A stretch of DNA of 64,000 nt, from the NCBI GenBank assembly GCA_041663185.1, contig JBAZQY010000001.1:19448-83447 (forward strand), written 5' to 3'. The notes below the pieces were generated by a model that worked only from the letters and a program-made list of their open reading frames with translations, made no database searches and had not been told where the DNA came from. This stretch comes from Minisyncoccota bacterium. GTDB taxonomy: Bacteria > Patescibacteriota > Minisyncoccia > Phycocordibacterales > UBA9973. Position 1 is the stretch's first letter. Every line of letters begins with the position of its first letter. A program made the translations under genes and the position numbers. This document shows, piece after piece, positions 8,805-17,822 of this stretch.

Positions 8805-10975
8805 GTTACTTTGAATTCTTAACAAAGCAATTTTACACCTGGGAGAAGCGTGGCCGGGGATGGGAGGTATTTTCCTTTCCTGTCGATTTAGAACCTCCGT
8901 ACGAGCCTTTTTTCTCTCATTCCATCCCATATGACAATGCTACCCGTGTCCTTGATGATGGTCTTCGCCCGACTATTTTTTCACGATTAATAACAGGGGT
9001 TAGAAACCTATTCATTTCAAAACCCATTATTTCTGAAGAAATTGTGGAAGATGAACCTGTCCCGCCTTTTACTTTTGATGATGAACCTCTAACAGCCTTC
9101 ACTGTCCTATTACCAAAAGATCAACAAATCAATTTCGAGGAATCTCTTCAATTATTATTAATGCTGTCCATGTCGATGTATCCAATTAGCTTTGAGATCA
9201 TCGGCAATAGCTCGTTCATTAAAATTCAATTTGTATGTCGAAAGCCTGATACACCAAATATTCAAAATCAAATAAAAGCCTATTTTCCGGCATGTCATTT
9301 TGATTTTGGAATATTAGAAGCAATCCTACCTGAAGGGAAACAAGGATATCTTGTAGATTTCGGTTTAAGCCAAGAATTCATGAGACCTCTTTCAGTGATC
9401 AAGAATTTTACGCTTGACCCATATATTGGTCTATTTGGAATTTTAGAGAATCTTTCAGAAGACGAGCAAGCAGTTATTCAAATATTATTTAAAAGTGCTC
9501 AAAACTCCTGGTCAGAAAGTATTATTCGTTCAGTTACAGACAATCAAGGTGATCCATTTTTTCTCGATGCACCAGAGATGGTCAAACTTGCTGAAGAAAA
9601 AATTTCCGCACCTCTTTTTGGGGTAGTGATTCGAATTATAGGACTCAATGAGGATGGTAGCGACTGGTTAGCTAAAAAACTTTCAGGGAAATTAATACAG
9701 ATTACCGGTTCACCATATAATAGATTAATTCCTCTTTCGACTGAGGGATATGATGAAGCTAATTTTTGTGAAGACATTCTACTTCGCCAATCTCATCGAT
9801 TGGGAATGTTACTTAACAGCAAAGAATTAGTTTCATTAATTCATTTTCCCTCTATCTCTGTCGTTTCTAGTAAACTTGAACGAGCAATTAGGAAAACCGT
9901 TAAAGCCCCTAAGATCTTTTTAGACCATAAGCTTGTACTAGGAAGTAATTTTCATCAAGGCCAGGCAAAGGATGTGACTATTGGCCCCGAACAAAGGTTG
10001 AAACATATCCATGTTATAGGAGCAACCGGCACTGGTAAGTCTACTCTTCTCCTTAACATGATAATTCAAGACATTAGAAACGGAGAAGGATTAGCAGTGA
10101 TTGACCCTCACGGTGATTTAATTGAAAGTATCCTACCCTGGATTCCTCCAATTCGTCACAATGATGTAATCATCTTTGATCCATCTGATACTGAATATCC
10201 AATTGCCTTTAATATTCTTACAGCTCATTCAGAAATTGAGAAAGATATCTTATCATCTGATCTTGTAGCTGTCTTTAAGCGTCTTTCCACCAGTTGGGGA
10301 GATCAAATGAATTCAGTCTTTGCCAATGCTATTCTTGCCTTCCTGGAAAGTGATAAAGGAGGAACCTTAATCGATTTACGCAAATTCCTTATCGAAAAGG
10401 AGTTTCGAGCTGATTTTCTGAAAACTGTTAAAGACCCCTCAATTACATATTACTGGAACAAGGAATTTCCAATTTTAAAAAGTACTTCAATTGGGCCAAT
10501 TTTGACCAGGTTGGATGCTTTCTTGAGACCGAAAGTCATCAGAAATATGGTTGCCCAAAACAAAAGTCTGGATTTTGAAAAAATCCTGGATGACAAGAAG
10601 ATACTGCTTATTAAGCTCTCACAAGGGTTAATAGGAGAAGAAAATAGCTACCTCTTGGGAGCATTCATCGTCTCAAAACTTCAGCAAATAACGATGTCTC
10701 GCCAAGTGAAAGCCAAAACTGCTCGCGGGAATTTCTATTTATACATTGATGAGTTCCAGAATTTCATCACCCCTTCCATGTCCGCAATACTCTCTGGTGC
10801 CCGAAAGTATCACTTAGGGATGGTCTTGGCACATCAGGGTATGCAACAGCTTGATAAGAATAACTCTGAAATCGCAAGCTCTGTTATTGCAAATGCCGGC
10901 ACTCGTATCTGCTTTAGGATTGGCGACATTGATGCGAAGAAGCTTGAAGCTAACTTTACACACTTTGATGCGTAG
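8801..10975 (+). CDS. Second VirD4/TraD/HerA-like ATPase with long N-terminal domain; probably C-terminally truncated at the right att site
   Basis: HIHVIGATGTGKS, VIDPHGD, LYIDEFQ, GARKY, AHQ; ends shortly after FRIG whereas the paralog continues ~80 aa further. Confidence 0.85.
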   Translation: MSYFEFLTKQFYTWEKRGRGWEVFSFPVDLEPPYEPFFSHSIPYDNATRVLDDGLRPTIFSRLITGVRNLFISKPIISEEIVEDEPVPPFTFDDEPLTAFTVLLPKDQQINFEESLQLLLMLSMSMYPISFEIIGNSSFIKIQFVCRKPDTPNIQNQIKAYFPACHFDFGILEAILPEGKQGYLVDFGLSQEFMRPLSVIKNFTLDPYIGLFGILENLSEDEQAVIQILFKSAQNSWSESIIRSVTDNQGDPFFLDAPEMVKLAEEKISAPLFGVVIRIIGLNEDGSDWLAKKLSGKLIQITGSPYNRLIPLSTEGYDEANFCEDILLRQSHRLGMLLNSKELVSLIHFPSISVVSSKLERAIRKTVKAPKIFLDHKLVLGSNFHQGQAKDVTIGPEQRLKHIHVIGATGTGKSTLLLNMIIQDIRNGEGLAVIDPHGDLIESILPWIPPIRHNDVIIFDPSDTEYPIAFNILTAHSEIEKDILSSDLVAVFKRLSTSWGDQMNSVFANAILAFLESDKGGTLIDLRKFLIEKEFRADFLKTVKDPSITYYWNKEFPILKSTSIGPILTRLDAFLRPKVIRNMVAQNKSLDFEKILDDKKILLIKLSQGLIGEENSYLLGAFIVSKLQQITMSRQVKAKTARGNFYLYIDEFQNFITPSMSAILSGARKYHLGMVLAHQGMQQLDKNNSEIASSVIANAGTRICFRIGDIDAKKLEANFTHFDA

Positions 10976-11000
10976 GGCGAGAAATTCCTACCCGGCGCAC

Positions 11001-11184
11001 AATATTAAAAAATCTAAGCTTCTGCTTGGATTTTTTAAATTATGTCTCGCCGGTAGAAGCAAACTGCTTTGCTTCTAGGTAGGATTCGAAGACCTTGAGC
11101 TTGTGGTTTTAAATTTTAATTTCAAGCCACACGAAAGGTGTACTGACCCCGTAAGGGTTGAAAAGCGTACTCGCGGTCCTACCC
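11001..11184 (+). repeat. tRNA-Tyr-linked structured element (inverted T-arm copy, conserved core, degenerate direct T-arm copy)
   Basis: GGTAGGATTCGAA (11078-11090) is the reverse complement of tRNA 4950-4962; core GACCTTGAG..CGAAAGGTGTAC..GTAAG is shared with 20115-20177. Confidence 0.75.
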
Positions 11185-11350
11185 ACTTGCTTCCTTGATT
11201 CCCCGTAAATTATGTGGTAATTTGTAAGTAAATCTACTGCTCCTAAAAATATCTGACTTTTGTTATATTTGTTTAGTTTATTTAGTTCCTTATGGGAATT
11301 TAATAAACTAAATAAATTAACATTAAACTCATAAATAAAAAATTACTTCT

Positions 11351-11944
11351 ATGAAAACAAAGAGGTTAGAAAACGTATCGTCACTGCAAGATGTGCTGCT
11401 GAATCCTTATTATAAAGGATTGATTAAAAAGGCTAAAAATCTGCAAGCCCAGGCTGATGATTTAACAAGGTCGGCATGTTTTGCAAGAGGCAAGTTGGCA
11501 TATTCTATAAGCCAAAAACTTTTAGATCTTGTCCCCAAAGGACCCGAGAGAATGCTATTAGAGCTGGAAGGAAGCTCTTTTGCTACAAGGAGATCTGATC
11601 CTGCATATTTTATAGCCTTGTATCCAAAAATGACAGGCCGGGGAATAACCCTTCTGTGCGAACTTGTAAATTCCTCCATGGACCGCTCTCGCAACCTGGA
11701 ATATAGAAAGATTTTTTGGGGAAACGGTTGTGTAATGCTCACCGAGTATGGAATTAACCATACTCTAAAAATAGCCGACCCGGAAACCTTCATGCAGAAC
11801 GCAATTTCTATCATCAATGAGGCCTGGGCCAAGAACAACCTAGGATATCTTTCCTTTGATAAGCTTGTTGACGATGAGAAAAACGGCCAAAGGTTTAGGA
11901 TATTATTTATGCCAGGGAAATGGGAAACTAAAGCCAATACCTAG
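11351..11944 (+). CDS. Hypothetical protein
   Basis: 197-aa ATG ORF with AT-rich upstream region and downstream terminator; no recognisable motif. Confidence 0.6.
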   Translation: MKTKRLENVSSLQDVLLNPYYKGLIKKAKNLQAQADDLTRSACFARGKLAYSISQKLLDLVPKGPERMLLELEGSSFATRRSDPAYFIALYPKMTGRGITLLCELVNSSMDRSRNLEYRKIFWGNGCVMLTEYGINHTLKIADPETFMQNAISIINEAWAKNNLGYLSFDKLVDDEKNGQRFRILFMPGKWETKANT

Positions 11945-11967
11945 ATGTATGATATTGGTAATCGCTT

Positions 11968-12000
11968 AAAGGAGGTTTTAAACCTCCTTTTTTATTTTTT
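11968..12000. terminator. Intrinsic terminator between convergent genes
   Basis: AAAGGAGGTTT-T-AAACCTCCTTT followed by T-run. Confidence 0.7.
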
Positions 12001-12025
12001 AATTTCTGATTTAAATATACAATCT

Positions 12026-12538
12026 TTAATTTTCAGGTAATTCTTCTACCTCTTCAATTTCAACTTTTCCTTTTAATTCTTTTTGAAACGGAGAATAATA
12101 AGATTTTACATATATTTTCTTTTTATTTAAAATAAAGGGGAAATATTCTCTATCAGCTGGCATCATTTTATCAAAAGGTAAATTATTTATACTAAAAAAT
12201 GTCGGAGTAATCATCTCTTCTGTTTCTATTAATTCTCCAGTCCAATTTTCTAATAAAAAGAAGTGAACTCGACAAATATATGTACTGCCGTCACTTTTTT
12301 CATTATGAAAATCAACAACAGCTATTTTTTCTAAATCATCTATACTTGCAATCAATCCCGATTCTTCTTTTAGCTCTCTAATTACTGAGGTTTTGGGATT
12401 CTCTCCTTCTTCTATCCCCCCACCATATCCATTCCAACATCCCGCTCCAATCTTTCTAGTTTTTATAGCAAGAAGAACTTTATCTCCCTTTATCGGAAGA
12501 CAAACTGTTGCATTAAACAATATTTTTTCTGTTTCCAT
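12026..12538 (-). CDS. NUDIX hydrolase (MutT/MTH1-like)
   Basis: WNGYGGGIEEGE..RELKEESGL Nudix box; ETEEM and MMPADR resemble MTH1-type enzymes. Confidence 0.85.
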   Translation of the reverse strand: METEKILFNATVCLPIKGDKVLLAIKTRKIGAGCWNGYGGGIEEGENPKTSVIRELKEESGLIASIDDLEKIAVVDFHNEKSDGSTYICRVHFFLLENWTGELIETEEMITPTFFSINNLPFDKMMPADREYFPFILNKKKIYVKSYYSPFQKELKGKVEIEEVEELPEN

Positions 12539-12550
12539 AAATAGTAAGAC

Positions 12551-15238
12551 CTACTTAGTATTTATTTTATTTCTCATCCTTACATTTGAAGCGATTTTTA
12601 TTTTTTTCATTTCTATCACCATTTCATTTTCTTTCATCGTTACATAAACAGTATCTCCCTTTTTGACTCCACGAGAGATGATAAATGTCGCCACAGGATT
12701 AAGAATTTTATCTTGAATAAGTCGTCCAAGTGGTCGAGCCCCATAATGTGGGTTATAACCTTCTTTAGCTAAATAAGTAAGTGCCTCATCAGAAATATCT
12801 AATTCAATTCCTTTTCCAAGCAAACGTTCACGAATAATTTTAATTTTAATATCAACAATACTGCGGATAACTTCTGGAGAAAGAATATCAAAGACAATGA
12901 TATCGTCGAGTCTATTTAGAAATTCTGGTCGGAAATGATCTTTGAGGGCATCAAGAATTTTATCTTTGGTTGCTAAATATTCATCCACTTTTGAATTATT
13001 TGTAAATCCAAGTGATTCCATTTTTTCAATCAACTGAGAACCGATATTGGAAGTCAAAATAATAATTGTATTTTTGAAATTAATCACTCGCCCTTTGGCA
13101 TCTGTTAAACGCCCTTCATCAAGCACCTGGAGAAGAATATTAAAAACTTCTGGATGAGCTTTCTCGATTTCATCAAATAGAACAACAGAATAAGGTCGAT
13201 GGCGAACCGCTTCAGTCAAATTGCCTGATTCATCATAACCAACATATCCAGGTGGTGAGCCAATGAGTTTCGAGACACTGTGACGCTCCATATACTCACT
13301 CATATCCACCCTGATAAGGGCCTTATCGTCATTGAACATAAACTGGGCTAGGGCTTTTGTTAATTCTGTTTTCCCTACTCCCGTTGGACCAAGAAAAATA
13401 AATGAGCCAATCGGTTTATTGGGGTCAGAAATTCCAGCTCGACTACGGCGAACAACATCAGAAATCTTTTTGATTGCGACATCCTGACCGACAACTCGAG
13501 TACGTAATTCATCTTCCATTTTGGCTAATTTTTTTAATTCTTCTTCAAGCATTTTTTCAAGAGGTATACCCGTCCAGCGCGCAACAACAGAAGCAATATC
13601 TTCGGTAGTTATTTCTTCTTTCAAAATGCGACGTGATCTTTGAAGTTTCTTGAGACGAGAAAGTTTCGTTTCTAATTTATTTTTCAAATCAGGAATTTTA
13701 CCATAACGAATTTCGGCCGCACTTCCTAGATCTGCTCGCATTTCAGCATTCTCGGCTTCAAGACGAAGTGATTCTAAATCTTTTTTAATTTGCCTGATCT
13801 CAAGAACTGTCTCTTTTTCATTTTTCCACTTCAATTCAAGTTCGTGTGTTTTTTCTTTTAAATTTGCGATTTCTTTCTCAATATCTTTCATCCGAGCTCG
13901 AGCTTCTTTATGGGTATCTTTTTTATCAGTAGATACTTCTTTCATTAGGGCTTCTCTTTCAACTTCAAAACGCATAATTTTTCTATCAGCTTCTTCTAAA
14001 ACTTGAGGTTTATTCTCAAGAGCAAGGCGAAGTGAAGATGAAGCCTCATCGATCAGGTCAACGGCCTTATCTGGTAAATATCTATTTGTAATATACCGGG
14101 CACTTAAATTCACCGCCGAGATAATCGCATCATCGGTAATGCGCACTCCGTGGAAAAGTTCATACTTCTCTTTAAGTCCACGTAAAATTGCGATTGCATC
14201 CTCAATATTTGGTTCATCAACATATACTGGTTGAAAGCGTCGAGCCAAGGCTGGGTCTTTTTCGATATGTTTCTGATATTCTTTTAGAGTCGTCGCACCT
14301 ATGGCATGAAGCTCTCCTCTGGCAAGAGCCGGCTTTAACATATTTGAAGCATCAAGAGAACCCTCTGAACTTCCTGCTCCGACAATTGTGTGAATCTCAT
14401 CAATGAAAAGAATTATCTTGCCATTTGATTTCTCAATTTCTTTCATAATTCCACGCAATCTTTCTTCGAATTCTCCACGGTATTTTGTCCCAGACAAAAG
14501 TAATCCCAAATCAAGAGCCACAACTTCTTTATCTCTCAAACTTTCAGGAATATCATTCTTGGCAATACGAATAGCAAGAGCTTCAGCCACAGCAGTTTTC
14601 CCAGTACCTGCTTCTCCGATTAAAATCGGATTATTTTTAGTGCGTCTTGATAATATTTGCATCATTCGCATAATCTCAGCTTCACGTCCAATGACCGGAT
14701 CAAGCTTATCTTCTCGGGCCAGAGTTGTCAGATTACGAGTAAATTTAGTTAGGAGTTTTGGTTTTTTAGAAGAGTTCGCTTCGGTAACATTTTCACTTCG
14801 AAGTAATTTCAATACACTAATAACTTTATCTTTATCTATTTTGAAACGCCCAAGTAGTTCGCGAGCTTCCCCAGGTACTTCAAGCAGTGAAACAAATAAA
14901 TGCTCAGTCGAAACAAATTCATCCTTGAGAGCAAGAGCCACTTTAGTTGAATTTTCTATAACTTTGGCTAAATCAGGAGTTAAATAAATCTGATATGAGG
15001 GTGAGATTGTGTTGCGATTTTCTGGTGATTCTATCATCTCAACTAAATTATCTGTCATCAACATTGTATCGACTTCCATTTTATCTAATATAGAAATAAT
15101 CAATGAATCTTCTTGAACAAGAAGAGCTGTCAGTAAATGCAAAGAGTTCACGTGGTTCTGTCCACGCTCAATAGCCAGCTCATGAGCTTTACGAATTACT
15201 TCCTTTGCTTTAGTTGTAAAATTGTTAAATGGGGGCAT
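12551..15238 (-). CDS. clpB: ATP-dependent chaperone ClpB
   Basis: Two AAA+ modules (GEAGTGKT, GPTGVGKT), long coiled-coil middle domain, GSPPGYVGY, GARPL. Confidence 0.95.
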   Translation of the reverse strand: MPPFNNFTTKAKEVIRKAHELAIERGQNHVNSLHLLTALLVQEDSLIISILDKMEVDTMLMTDNLVEMIESPENRNTISPSYQIYLTPDLAKVIENSTKVALALKDEFVSTEHLFVSLLEVPGEARELLGRFKIDKDKVISVLKLLRSENVTEANSSKKPKLLTKFTRNLTTLAREDKLDPVIGREAEIMRMMQILSRRTKNNPILIGEAGTGKTAVAEALAIRIAKNDIPESLRDKEVVALDLGLLLSGTKYRGEFEERLRGIMKEIEKSNGKIILFIDEIHTIVGAGSSEGSLDASNMLKPALARGELHAIGATTLKEYQKHIEKDPALARRFQPVYVDEPNIEDAIAILRGLKEKYELFHGVRITDDAIISAVNLSARYITNRYLPDKAVDLIDEASSSLRLALENKPQVLEEADRKIMRFEVEREALMKEVSTDKKDTHKEARARMKDIEKEIANLKEKTHELELKWKNEKETVLEIRQIKKDLESLRLEAENAEMRADLGSAAEIRYGKIPDLKNKLETKLSRLKKLQRSRRILKEEITTEDIASVVARWTGIPLEKMLEEELKKLAKMEDELRTRVVGQDVAIKKISDVVRRSRAGISDPNKPIGSFIFLGPTGVGKTELTKALAQFMFNDDKALIRVDMSEYMERHSVSKLIGSPPGYVGYDESGNLTEAVRHRPYSVVLFDEIEKAHPEVFNILLQVLDEGRLTDAKGRVINFKNTIIILTSNIGSQLIEKMESLGFTNNSKVDEYLATKDKILDALKDHFRPEFLNRLDDIIVFDILSPEVIRSIVDIKIKIIRERLLGKGIELDISDEALTYLAKEGYNPHYGARPLGRLIQDKILNPVATFIISRGVKKGDTVYVTMKENEMVIEMKKIKIASNVRMRNKINTK

Positions 15239-15246
15239 ATATAAAT

Positions 15247-15281
15247 AATTAAGAATTAATAATTACGAATTAAAAATTATA
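15247..15281. repeat. Degenerate heptamer tandem array (AATTAnn x5)
   Basis: AATTAAG AATTAAT AATTACG AATTAAA AATTATA. Confidence 0.65.
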
Positions 15282-15291
15282 AATACAGATT

Positions 15292-15867
15292 TTATTGAGT
15301 GATTGTTGTTGTGTCTGTATCTGTGTTGTCAGTTGTATTGTCTATCATTGGAGAAATTTTTAGAATTGTAAATCCATTATCAAACTTTTTCAAAATTGAA
15401 ACACTAAACTCTGTTGTATCTAAAATAACTTTATATGATTCATATTCTTTAATTAAATTTGAATCAACTAAAATTAATCCAACGTCTGAAATAATTATCC
15501 CTTGGCCAATTGCCGGTGGCTCACTAATATTTGTATTTTCATCTGTCACCTCAGTAGTTAAAATAGTCGTGTCTGTATTTTTTAAATAAATTGAAACAAG
15601 TGAATCATCACTACCAAATAATATGGGCGAGTTATTCTCTTCTGTTTTTGTCTCTGTGGTTGTTGAAGTGGTCTCAGGAGCAGGAACTTGAACAGTTGTG
15701 ACTTTCTCTATTGTTCGTTGAATAACATTATTGATGGTTTGGGGTACACTTTTTGGCATCTGATTCATCAGAGAAACCGTCACAATCCCTGTGGCAATAG
15801 ACACCACAAAAGTAATGAGCAATGTCAATAAAACAAGTTGTTTTTTATCTAATTCTTTGATATCCAT
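15292..15867 (-). CDS. Membrane-anchored hypothetical protein, possibly a degenerate trypsin-like protease fragment
   Basis: N-terminal TM helix, Thr-rich linker, GQGIIISDVGLIL resembles the HtrA GSGFIV..G.IL strand but no catalytic motifs. Confidence 0.65.
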   Translation of the reverse strand: MDIKELDKKQLVLLTLLITFVVSIATGIVTVSLMNQMPKSVPQTINNVIQRTIEKVTTVQVPAPETTSTTTETKTEENNSPILFGSDDSLVSIYLKNTDTTILTTEVTDENTNISEPPAIGQGIIISDVGLILVDSNLIKEYESYKVILDTTEFSVSILKKFDNGFTILKISPMIDNTTDNTDTDTTTITQ

Positions 15868-15894
15868 CTAGTTATTATAGCATAAAGGTCAATA

Positions 15895-17181
15895 TCATTT
15901 CCACTTTTTGTATTTTTCTAAAATATCTTTCAGCCCTTTATATAATACGTCCATATCGCTCATTTTATTGCATCTACCAAGAGAAATACGAATTGAGCCA
16001 TCTGTTCCCGCCACATTTTTTTGACTAGCTCTCCTTAATGCTCCTATTACATAAGACGCACTATCATCATCACTCTTACAGGCACTTTTCTCTGACACAA
16101 AAATTCCTCGCGCCGATAATTCGATGACTAAAAGTTCACTTGAAATACCTGAAACAGAAATATTTATATTATTTGGAAGTCGGACTTCCACATCTCCGTT
16201 TAAAATTATTTTATAACCAGATGTATCAGAAAGTGATAACAATTTTTTAATTCCATAATCACGAATTGCGGTTAGTCGCTTTGATTCTTTTTCTTTCATT
16301 TTATTTACAATTCCAAGTGCCATGGCCACTCCTTTGATTAACGACACACTCTCCGTTCCAGAACGTAAACCAAATTCTTGTCCGCCTCCACCATAAAGTG
16401 GAGAAAGTTCCACTCCCCGTTTTTTATATAGAACACCTATTCCTTTGGGCCCATAAATTTTTGAACTATTAAAAGACATTAAATCAACCCCGAGTTTTTC
16501 AATATTTTCTGTAAATAAATAATTCATCGCCTGACAAGCATCGGTATGAAAAACAGGAAAATCAGAAGAAAAAACTCTTGTGTCTAGGTCGGACCTGGAC
16601 ATTTTAGACTTTTTGAAATGTCTAATTATTTTTGCGATTTCTTGTATAGGTTCGATTGTTCCAATTTCGTTGTTTGCATACATAACCGAAACCAAAACTG
16701 TATTTTCCTTAAGAGAATTTTTCAATTCTTCCAGATTTATAATTCCATTTTCATCAACACCAATATAAGTAACCTCTACCCTGCCCTCTTTTTTCAACAT
16801 TTTGCAATTCTCAAGCACGGCCGGATGTTCTATTTCGGTTGTAATAATATGTGGAATTTTGTATTCTGATTTTTCATTCTTAATTCTTAACCCGCCTTGC
16901 GCCGAGGCAGGTTCGTAATTCTTAATTAGCCCGAGCAAAGCGAGGGCGATGCTTTCCGTTCCACTTCCAGTAAAAATAATCTCATCACTATGAGCATTCA
17001 TTTGCTTTGCAATCTTACTCCTCGCTTCTTCGATAATTCCCCTTACCTTGACACCATCTTCATGGATTGCGTTTGGGTTAGCAAAAAGCTTTCGCTCATA
17101 AAAAGCCACTGTTCGAGCAACTCTCTTATCAATAGGTGTTGCCCCCGCATGATCTAGATATATCTTTTTCTTTCCTAACAT
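15895..17181 (-). CDS. iscS: Cysteine desulfurase (IscS/NifS family, class V PLP enzyme)
   Basis: YLDHAGATP, IFTGSGTES, EHPAV, NNEIGTI, HTDACQ, KIYGPKGIG, SACKS catalytic Cys. Confidence 0.9.
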   Translation of the reverse strand: MLGKKKIYLDHAGATPIDKRVARTVAFYERKLFANPNAIHEDGVKVRGIIEEARSKIAKQMNAHSDEIIFTGSGTESIALALLGLIKNYEPASAQGGLRIKNEKSEYKIPHIITTEIEHPAVLENCKMLKKEGRVEVTYIGVDENGIINLEELKNSLKENTVLVSVMYANNEIGTIEPIQEIAKIIRHFKKSKMSRSDLDTRVFSSDFPVFHTDACQAMNYLFTENIEKLGVDLMSFNSSKIYGPKGIGVLYKKRGVELSPLYGGGGQEFGLRSGTESVSLIKGVAMALGIVNKMKEKESKRLTAIRDYGIKKLLSLSDTSGYKIILNGDVEVRLPNNINISVSGISSELLVIELSARGIFVSEKSACKSDDDSASYVIGALRRASQKNVAGTDGSIRISLGRCNKMSDMDVLYKGLKDILEKYKKWK

Positions 17182-17241
17182 ATGTATTACTATAACACAG
17201 CATTGTAAAAAAAGCCTTATTGGTATATACTCTTTTAATAT

Positions 17242-17688
17242 ATGAATACCCTCATCTTATTTTATATAATTGCTTTGGCTATTGTCCTCGTTCTATTGTG
17301 GATTTTAATGATCGAACTGCGTTTGAAGCGAATTTTCGCTGGAACTAAGGCTCGAAATCTAGAAGAAATGATCACTCTTGTTGGTAAGAAAATAAATCAA
17401 TTAGAGGAAGCTCAAGAAAAAATAGATAAACATTTAATTACGATAGATAACCGATTAAATAAATCTATTCGGAACATCGAGACAGTACGTTTTAATCCCT
17501 TTGTTGATGCTGGAGGAAACCAGAGCTTCGCTATTGCTTTTATGAATGATGAAGGTAATGGTGTAGTCATGTCTTCTTTATATGCTCGTGATCGAATGAG
17601 TATTTTTGCCAAACCCATCATTGATGGTAAATCAGAATTTGAATTATCAAACGAGGAAAAAGAAGTTTTAAAAAAAGCAATTAAATAA
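17242..17688 (+). CDS. DUF4446-like membrane-anchored protein
   Basis: TM + coiled coil + VRFNPF..GGNQSFAIA..GVVMSSLYAR..ELSNEE pattern. Confidence 0.75.
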   Translation: MNTLILFYIIALAIVLVLLWILMIELRLKRIFAGTKARNLEEMITLVGKKINQLEEAQEKIDKHLITIDNRLNKSIRNIETVRFNPFVDAGGNQSFAIAFMNDEGNGVVMSSLYARDRMSIFAKPIIDGKSEFELSNEEKEVLKKAIK

Positions 17689-17710
17689 TTTACACAGAAA
17701 ATAGTTAAAG

Positions 17711-17809
17711 AAAAGTAAATAATATCTAAAATTTATTCGCTTATCCCTACCTCGCTATGCTCGGCGCGCGCCCACACCTACTCATAAATTTTAGATATTA
17801 TTTACTTTT
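17711..17809. repeat. Palindromic element: perfect 26-bp arms around a 47-nt GC-rich core (core shared with 19817-19865)
   Basis: AAAAGTAAATAATATCTAAAATTTAT and its exact reverse complement; core TCGCTTATCCCT..GCGCGCCCACACCTACTC. Confidence 0.9.
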
Positions 17810-17822
17810 ATAAAATTACATT

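Larger units (their letters stand above)
4956..11000. mobile_element. ~6 kb integrative element in the tRNA-Tyr 3' end
   Basis: 15-bp direct repeat TCCTACCCGGCGCAC at 4956-4970 and 10986-11000 brackets a serine recombinase and two coupling-protein-like ATPases. Confidence 0.9.

Noticed and set aside
11410-11937. Antisense and nested ORFs of the track (e.g. 11410-11937, 14403-14987, 3759-4268, 26557-27081, 4840-5127, 44488-44772)
   Set aside because: They shadow better-supported genes or RNAs and show no protein motifs
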